A DNA stretch of 64,000 nucleotides from Balanoglossus misakiensis (lineage: Eukaryota > Animalia > Hemichordata). Positions 54,960 to 64,000 of this stretch are shown in pieces. Position 1 is the first letter of the stretch; each line of letters begins with the position of its first letter. A program made the position numbers and the translations under genes. The notes beneath the pieces are model-generated. The model was given only the letters and a program-made list of their open reading frames with translations. It searched no databases and was not told the origin of the DNA. Location: the NCBI GenBank assembly GCA_040954595.2, contig CM082590.2, positions 4,030,001 through 4,094,000 on the forward strand, written 5' to 3'.

Positions 54960-57925
54960 ATGTTACCTTTGAAGTGCTTGGCGGCTATACCGGTACAAGC
55001 ATGCACAGATCTATGTTGATAGACGTTACTCATCACAGGGACCAGTGACTGTTATCTGCAAAAATGAAAAATATGCCAATAAGTATTTCTGTGTCAAACA
55101 GCACGGCAAAATGTATCTATGGACAGAGATGATCTCCTGTCTTCATGAACAATACAATAAGTCACACACGGCCCTCCAAAATGAGCAATTAAATTCTATG
55201 CTGTCATCTATGGGGTAAAGGAAATCTTAGAAGAACAATAATGATCTCATGTTACCCTCAGACACCACTTGGCTGCAATAAAGGCATGTACACACATCCA
55301 GTTCGACAGATCAATGTTGATCACCAGAGAGAAACCATTATCTACAAAAATGGAAAATATGACAAAGTATTTTAGTGTCAACAAATAAGGCAGTAAAGTG
55401 TAGGGATAATCTCCTGGATGGACAATACAATAAGTCACACACTGCCCTCCAAAATGAGCAATTAAATTACATGCATTCATCCATGGCGTCTAGGAAATCT
55501 TTCGGTGAAAAAGAATTATCTTATATGTTACCCTCAGACACCAATTGGCTGCAATACAGGCATGTACACACATCCAGTTCGACAGATCAATGTTGATCAC
55601 CAGAGAGAAACCATTATCTACAAAAATGGAAAATATGACAAAGTATTTTAGTGTCAAAAAATAAGGCAGTAAAGTGAAAGGATAATCTCCTGGATGGACA
55701 ATACAATAAGTCACACACTGCCCTCCAAAATGAGCAATTAAATTATATGCTGTCATCCATGGGGTCTAGGAAATCTTTAGGAGAAAAAGAATTATCTTAT
55801 ATGTTACCCTCAGACACCAATTGGCTGCAATACAGGCATGTACACACATCCAGTTCAACAGATCAATGTTGATCACCAGAGAGAAACCATTATCTGCAAA
55901 AATGGAAAATATGACAAAGTATTTTAGTGTCAAAAAATAAGGCAGTAAAGTGTAAGGATAATCTCCTGGATGGACAATACAATAAGTCACACACGGCCCT
56001 CCAAAATGAGCAATTAAATTATATGCATTCATCTATGGGGTCTAGGAAATCTTTAGGAGAAAAAGAATTATCTTATATGTTACCCTCAGACACCAATTGG
56101 CTGCAATACAGGCATGTACACACATCCAGTTCGACAGATCAATGTTGATCACCAGAGAGAAACCATTATCTACAAAAATGGAAAATATGACAAAGTATTT
56201 TAGAGTCAAAAAACATGACAGTGAAATGTATGGACAGATGATCTCCTGGATGGACAATACAATAAGTCACACACGGCCCTCCAAAATGAGCAATTAAATT
56301 ATATGCATTCATCAATGGGGTCTAGGAAATCTTTAAGAGAATAAGAATTATCTTATGTTACCCTCAGACACCAATTGGCTGCAATACAGGCATGTACACA
56401 CATCCAGTTCGACAGATCAATGTTGATCACCAGAGAGAAACCATTATCTGCAAAAATGGAAAATATGACGAAGTATTTTAGTGTCAAAAAATAAGGCAGT
56501 AAAGTGTAAGGATAATCTCCTAGATGGACAATACAATAAGTCACACACTGCCCTCCAAAATGAGCAATTAAATTATATGCATTCATCTATGGGGTCTAGG
56601 AAATCTTTAGGAGAAAAAGAATTATCTTATATGTTACCCTCAGACACCAATTGGCTGCAATACAGGCATGTACACACATCCAGTTCAACAGATCAATGTT
56701 GATCACCAGAGAGAAACCATTATCTGCAAAAATGGAAAATATGACAAAGTATTTTAGTGTCAAAAAATAAGGCAGTAAAGTGTAAGGATAATCTCCTGGA
56801 TGGACAATACAATAAGTCACACACTGCCCTCCAAAATGAGCAATTAAATTATATGCTGTCATCCATGGGGTCTAGGAAATCTTTAGGAGAAAAAGAATTA
56901 TCTTATATGTTACCCTCAGACACCACTTGGCTGCAATACAGGCATGTACACACTTCCAGTTCGACAGATCAATGTTGATCACCAGAGAGAAACCATTATC
57001 TGCAAAAATGGAAAATATGACAAAGTATTTTAGTGTCAAAAAATAAGGCAGTAAAGTGTAAGGATAATCTCCTGGATGGACAATACAATAAGTCACACAC
57101 TGCCCTCCAAAATGAGCAATTAAATTATATGCATTCATCTATGGGGTCTAGGAAATCTTTAGGAGAAAAAGAATTATCTTATATGTTACCCTCAGACACC
57201 AATTGGCTGCAATACAGGCATGTACACACATCCAGTTCGACAGATCAATGTTGATCACCAGAGAGAAACCATTATCTACAAAAATGGAAAATATGACAAA
57301 GTATTTTAGTGTCAAAAACATGACAGTAAAATGTATGGACAGATGATCTCCTGGATGGACAATACAATAAGTCACACACTGCCCTCCAAAATGAGCAATT
57401 AAATTATATGCATTCATCTATGGGGTCTAGGAAATCTTTAGGAGAAAAAGAATTATCTTATATGTTACCCTCAGACACCACTTGGCTGCAATACAGGCAT
57501 GTACACACATCCAGTTCGACAGATCAATGTTGATCACCAGAGAGAAACCATTATCTACAAAAATGGAAAATATGACAAAGTATTTTAGTGTCAAAAAATA
57601 AGGCAGTAAAGTGTAAGGATAATCTCCTGGATGGACAATACAATAAGTCACACACGGCCCTCCAAAATGAGCAATGAAATTCTATGCTGTCATCTATGGG
57701 GTAAAGGAAATGTTAGAAGAACAATAATTATCTTATGTTACCCTTGCAAACTACTGTACTGCTTTACAGGCTTGAATATACATCTAGTTTGGCAGATTTT
57801 GATCAACAGCTAGATATCCCTTTCTGCCAAAAAATGGAAAATATGCCAATAAGTATTTCTGTGTCAAACAACATAATGGTAAAATATATCTATGGACAGA
57901 GATGATCTCCTGTCTTCATGAATGT
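54960..57925 (-). repeat. 276-bp tandem repeat; each unit is an 86-nt exon-like segment plus intron (9 close copies and 2 diverged flanking copies)
   Basis: Minus strand ttttccatttttg(c/t)ag|ATAATGG...CTGAGG|gtaaca, e.g. 55256-55341; diverged copies at 54967-55055 and 57742-57823. Confidence 0.85.
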
Positions 57926-57956
57926 AATGTACTTCAATGGCAGGTTACTCAAATTT

Positions 57957-59222
57957 AATTTGCATACTCACACCATAGGAATCATGTTACCTGGTTACCA
58001 ACTTGGCATCTGGACAGGAGGATATTGGGCATCATGGAAATCTGAAACTAATGAGAAAAAATTGTGTAAATAGACAATTATAACTGACTGCTATGAACTT
58101 CAACTTGGCTCCAATCCATAATTATTTCTCGTTGGGTGCTCAGTTGTTTCTGGTTTCAAGGCGACTAGGGCAAAGTGTCCAGGAAATCACATGAGACACG
58201 GAGATGTCACATGACTGCAAGCCATGAGCCATTAATTTGCATACTCACACCACAGGAATCATGTTACCTTGGTTACCAACTTGGCATCTGGACAGGAGGA
58301 TATTGGGCATCATGGAAATCTGAAACTAATGAGAAAAAATTGTGTAAATAGACAATTTTAACTGACTGCTATGAACTTCAACTTGGCTCCAATCCATAAT
58401 TATTTCTCGTTGGGTGCTCAGTTGTTTCTGGTTTCAAGGCGACTAGGGCAAAGTGTCCAGGAAATCACAAGAGACACAAAGATGTCACATGACTGCAAGC
58501 CATGAGCCATTAATTTGCATACTCACACCACAGGAATCATGTTACCTTGGTTACCAACTTGGCATCTGGACAGGAGGATATTGGGCATCATGGAAATCTG
58601 AAACTAATGAGAAAAAATTGTGTAAATAGACAATTTTAACTGACTGCTATGAACTTCAACTTGGCTCCAATCCATAATTATTTCTCGTTGGGTGCTCAGT
58701 TGTTTCTGGTTTCAAGGCGACTAGGGCAAAGTGTCAAGGAAATCACATGAGACACGGAGATGTCACATGACTGCAAGCCATGAGCCATTAATTTGCATAC
58801 TCACACCACAGGAATCATGTTACCTTGGTTACCAACTTGGCATCTGGACAGGAGGATATTGGGCATCATGGAAATCTGAAACTAATGAGAAAAAATTGTG
58901 TAAATAGACAATTATAACTGACTGCTATGAACTTCAACTTGGCTCCAATCCATAATTATTTCTCGTTGGGTGCTCAGTTGTTTCTGGTTTCAAGGCGACT
59001 AGGGCAAAGTGTCCAGGAAATCACATGAGACACGGAGATGTCACATGACTGCAAGCCATGAGCCATTAATTTGCATACTCACACCACAGGAATCATGTTA
59101 CCTTGGTTACCAACTTGGCATCTGGACAGGAGGATATTGGGCATCATGGAAATCTGAAACTAATGAGAAAAAATTGTGTAAATAGACAATTATAACTAAC
59201 TGCTATGAACTCCAACTTGGCT
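57957..59222 (-). repeat. 278-bp tandem repeat (~4.6 units) containing five 70-71 nt exon-like segments
   Basis: Minus strand ttttttctcattagtttcag|ATTTCC...GGT|gtgagt at 57972-58041, 58249-58319, 58527-58597, 58805-58875, 59083-59153. Confidence 0.85.
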
Positions 59223-59831
59223 GCTAACAATCCCCAACACCTGCAACAAATAATAAATAGTAAATATTAATTTATTATCATAGACTGGTTGAGTTTAATG
59301 TTACCTATGGTACACTTACATTGTATTTTCCCTTTTAATCTGGTGGGTAGTTAGCTATCTGATGTACATTAACCATTGTAAAACTCTAGGATCTGATAAA
59401 CTTATTTATTTATCCAATAGACTTACAAAATGTGAAAATATGTCTTTTTCTATGGGAGAAACATGGACCGGTACTCAGTTAACTAATCATTATGGGGGAC
59501 TAAAATTTCTACAAATTTAAAATTATTCCTGTTATTATCACCTGTCTATATATTATGTACATTGTAATTGCTAAACTATACCATTCACTGGGTTTAGCTC
59601 CTTACTGGAAAATTGCCATTACAATTTATGCCCAGTTGTGGGTTTAAGAAAAATACACAGTGATAAAAACTGCAACATTATTAATGGAGTTTTCAAAAGT
59701 TATTCCCTAAAATCATCAGACATAAGAACTAAATTATCACTTAAAGCTAAGCCTACTAATCAATACAAATTCAGCAGAATATTTAAGTTGCACGGCTGAG
59801 GGTTAATGAGAAAACAACACATTTCTTATTT

Positions 59832-59908
59832 ATCATTATCATCATCATCATCATAATCATCATCATCGTAATCATCATCAAAATCACCATCATTGCCATC
59901 ATCATGAC

Positions 59909-59952
<44 letters not shown>

Positions 59953-60055
59953 CCATCACAACCATCATCAACATCAGTACAACCATCAATGCCATCACCA
60001 TAACAACTAGCAATAACAATTAACATCAAAACTGCCAACACCATCACCAACATTA
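59832..60055. repeat. Degenerate (CAT)n microsatellite
   Basis: Direct reading. Confidence 0.9.
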
Positions 60056-60659
60056 ACAGGAATAAAATCAAAATGTTGAATGACCCATGAAAATCAGAAA
60101 CTGTCAACCAACAGCATTCTACAAAGTCACTAGTTTATTAATCTAGCTGAGGTGATTATATTATACTCTTAAATATTATATGTTTATTATTATCAGTTTG
60201 TAAATTTTTAAGTCTAAGAATATTATAATATTATTATGTTTTAGTAGTTTCATAATTTTATTGGTATTTTAAAAATGTTTTCCTGTTTTTTTGTTTACTG
60301 TTTTATTTTTTTTACTATTTGTTAAATGGCAATTTTTTATACGCATAGCTGACATTATACACCAGTAATTCTGAATGTTCATTTACTAAATTACTGCAAT
60401 TTCCAAAACAGCCATGTTATGTAAATTATTTTCCAATTTTCAAACGAGTGCTAACTTCACTGATGAAAAGGGGGAATTTAGACAATGAGCTGTGGGTGAA
60501 ACTGACTGAATGGTATTAAAACACAATTAAATACAGATCTGGAACATAAATGTTATACAATGCAATGTTAAATCATATTATTTAATCTGGAAAGAAATCA
60601 TGCATTTGAGACACATCAATTGTGATCACAATTACCGGTTCAATGCAAACACTGTCTGG

Positions 60660-62952
60660 AAGTTTTCATATCAAGCTACAGTACCTGAAACAAAAATTTG
60701 TAATCACTGACACCCCCATCATTATGAATCGCTGACACCCCCACCCCCATCATTATGAACACCTTGGTTGACACAGGTTATTTGTTTACGATTGTGAAAT
60801 ACTGTTCACTTAAGAACACATGCTTGGTAAAATTATTAATGAAATTAATCACATCATGGTGCAGCATTTTAATACTGCAGGTTAGTTTAAAGTTTTCATA
60901 TCAAGCTACAGTACCTGACACAAAAATTTGTGATCACTGACAACCCCCCCCCCTCCAATCATTATCAATAAGAACACCTTGGTTTCACACAGGTTGTTTG
61001 TTTACGATTGTGAAACACTGTTCACTAAATATGGTGCAGCATTTTAATACTGCAGATTAGTTCAAAGTTTTCATATCAAGCTACAGTACCTGAAACAAAA
61101 AATTGTAATCTCTTACACCCCCCACCCCTGACACCCCCCACCCCCATCATTATCAATTAGAAAACCATGGTTTCACACAGGTTGTTTGTTTACGATTGTG
61201 AAACACTGTTCACTAAATATGGTGCAGCATTTTAATACTGCAGATTAGTTCAAAGTTTTCATATCAAGCTACAGTACCTGAAACAAAAAATTATTATGGC
61301 TGACACCCCCCTCCCCCCATCATTATCAATTTGAACACTTGGTTTCACACAGGTTGTTTGTTTACGATTGTGAAACACTGTTCACTAAATATGGTGCAGC
61401 ATTTTAATACTGCAGATTAGTTCAAAGTTTTCATATCAAGCTACAGTACCTGAAACAAAAAATTGTAATCACTTACACCCCCCACCCCTGACACCCCCCT
61501 CCCCCCATCATTATCAATTAGAACACTTAGTTTCACACAGGTTGTTTGTTTACGATTGTGAAACACTGTTCACTAAATATGGTGCAGCATTTTAATACTG
61601 CAAGTTAGTTCAAAGTTTTCATATCAAGCTACAGTACCTGAAACAAAAATTTGTAATCGCTGACAGCCCCCACCCCTGACACCCCCCCCCCCAATGATTA
61701 TCAATTAGAACACTTGGCTTCACACTGGTTGTTTGTTTACGATTGTGAAACACTGTTCAATAAATATGGTGCAGCATTTTAATACTGCAAGTTAGTTCAA
61801 AGTGTTCATATCAAGCTACAGTACCTGAAACAAAAATTTTGTAATCGCTGACACCCCCCACCCCTGACACCCCCCCCCACCCCCGATCATGATGAACACC
61901 TTGGTTCACACAGGTTGTTTGTTTACGATTGTGAAACACTGTTCACTTAAGAACACAAGCATAGTCAAATTATTAATGATAAAACACATTATGGTGCAGC
62001 ATTTTAATACTGCAGATTAGTTCAAGGTTTTCATATCAAGCTACAGTACCTGAAAAAAAAAATTGTAATCGCTGACACCCCCCACCCCCAATCATTATCA
62101 ATTAGAACACTTGGCTTCACACAGGTTGTTTGTTTACGATTGTGAAACACTGTTCACTAAATATGGTGCAGCATTTAATACTGCAAGTTAGTTCAAAGTT
62201 TTCATATCAAGCTACAGTACCTGAAACAAAAATTTGTAATCACTGACACCCCCCTCCCCTGACACCCCCCACCCCCGATCATTACCAATTATAACACACC
62301 ATGCAGCGAACCCTCGATCGTGATTCGTCAATATGACGTCACGTGACCTTAGTCATTTCGAACTGTTGCCTCGGGCATCAGTTCGATCGGTTTGGTGTGT
62401 TTTAAAACACATGATGACTGACATATTCGGGCAACAGTGTATTTTTAATGACCTCTGGACTGCCAGTCACACCAAAACAGTCTGTTTTCCCTCGGGCTAT
62501 GCCCTCGGGAAAACAAGACTGTTTTAGTTGTGACAAGCAGCACCCTCGGTCATCAAAATACACTGTTGCCCTCATTGTCAGTCATCATGTGTATACTGCA
62601 GATTAGTTCAAAGTTTTCATATCAAGCTACAGTACCTGAAACAAAAATTTGTAATCACTGACACCCCCCAACCCTGACAACCCCCCACCCCCGATCATTT
62701 CCACACAGGTTATTTGTTTATTTTGAAACACTGTTCACTTAAGAACACATGCTTGGTAAAATTATTAATGAAATTAATCACATCATGGTGCAGCATTTTA
62801 ATACTGCAGGTTAGTTTAAAGTTCTCATATCAAGCTACAGTACCTGAAACAAAAATGTGTAATCACTGACAACCCCCTTCCCCCATCATTATCAATAAGA
62901 ACACCTTGGTTTCACACAGGTTGTTTGTTTACAATTGTGAAACACTGTTCAT
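60660..62952. repeat. ~180-225 bp tandem repeat with poly-C tracts, ~11 copies, interrupted by a Crypton-like element
   Basis: catatcaagctacagtacctga recurs throughout. Confidence 0.92.
62290..62594 (+). mobile_element. Crypton-like hairpin element inserted in the tandem array
   Basis: Palindrome acacatgatgactgaca...tgtcagtcatcatgtgt (~62408-62593) with central ccctcgggctatgccctcggg. Confidence 0.6.
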
Positions 62953-63225
62953 GTTATAACACCACCAATTCCATAGTGTACAATTATTAACTAGTTTGAT
63001 AAATCAGAAACTTCTGAGTGCGTTGTTACTTATACGGTATTTCATGTTTGAGAGTGCAAGGTTATGACATCCCCAAATCTGACTGGCCAGGTCAGAATGG
63101 GAACACCCACATGTGTGCAAGTTTTAATAAAATACACCTGAGAGCATGACTGCACCCAGCAGATCACCCATTTACAAAGCTTTGTGTCATTACATGTGAG
63201 TATGATATTTTTATTTCTATAAGTA

Positions 63226-63229
63226 TCAC

Positions 63230-63264
<35 letters not shown>

Positions 63265-63700
63265 CCACCATCATCATCATCATCAGTATCACCATCTAAA
63301 CCATCATTATCACCATCTAAACCATTATCACCATCATCACCATCAGTATCACCATCATCACCATTATTATCACCATCATCACCATCATTATTATCACTAT
63401 TATCACCATCATTATTATCACTATTATCACCATCAGCATCACCATCACCACCATTATTATCACCATCATTATTATCACTATTATCACCATCAGTATCACC
63501 ATCACCACCATTATTATCACCATCATCATCACCATCACCACCACTATTATCACCATCAGTATCACCATCACCACCACTATTATCACCATCATCACCATCA
63601 TCATCACCATCACCACCATTATTATCTTAATCAGTATCACCAGTACCACCAGATTCACCATCATTGTCATCACTATTATCACCACCAGTATTATCATATT
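63226..63700. repeat. Degenerate (CAT/CAC)n low-complexity repeat
   Basis: Direct reading. Confidence 0.9.
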
Positions 63701-64000
63701 CAACACCGCTATGTTACGGTTAAAACTGCTGTACCAGTTAGTACAGATCTCCATTTACCATGGTAACTGTATTTAAATTTGCATGCATGCATTTTGTCTG
63801 AAACACAGACGAACCCGTTACATGATATATTTTACATGTCAAGCAAAATGGCTGCTACATTTGTACATTAAAATGATACGAGGCAACAGGGATTCATATG
63901 TAGTGCATTCCTAGAAAAAAAAGAAAACTTTATTTAATTCATTTAATAACAGGCATATCAATGATATTTATCTATACCAGTCATAAATTTTCACCAACAG

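Noticed and set aside
58042-58248. Box C/D snoRNA in the 278-bp repeat intron
   Set aside because: A CTGA is present but no canonical RTGATGA C box; unsupported without a covariance search
59783-63754. Poly-Asp/Met/Val ORFs at 59783-60107 and 63317-63754
   Set aside because: Translations of (CAT)n low-complexity repeats

Overview
Eukaryotic, AT-rich, intron-containing animal DNA; the transposon repertoire suggests a marine invertebrate (inference only). No intact host protein-coding gene was recognised. (1) 1-10.5 kb: old diverged ~1.5-1.9 kb duplications, MITEs and an orphan LTR with PBS. (2) 10.5-39.7 kb: a nest of transposon-derived genes. It includes a THAP-less P-element-type DDE transposase (minus) head-to-head with a spliced PIF1-family helicase (plus), and a Penelope endonuclease relic. 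It also holds a 5-exon gene fusing a PHD finger, 35-aa repeats, a MULE/NOF-type DDE transposase and a USP-like cysteine protease; a young Gypsy element with identical LTRs inserted into, and duplicated, this gene's GTAAG splice donor. AcademH-like non-autonomous elements (one with a RecQ fragment), Kolobok-like TTAA MITEs and Crypton-like hairpins are scattered through it. (3) 40-42 kb: a long-TIR element carrying divergent CTCF-consensus sites. (4) 43-64 kb: five unrelated tandem arrays. At least two are amplified exon-intron units with conserved minus-strand splice sites, suggesting a repeat-expanded, probably non-coding spliced transcript. All exon structures, TSDs and coordinates were read by eye.
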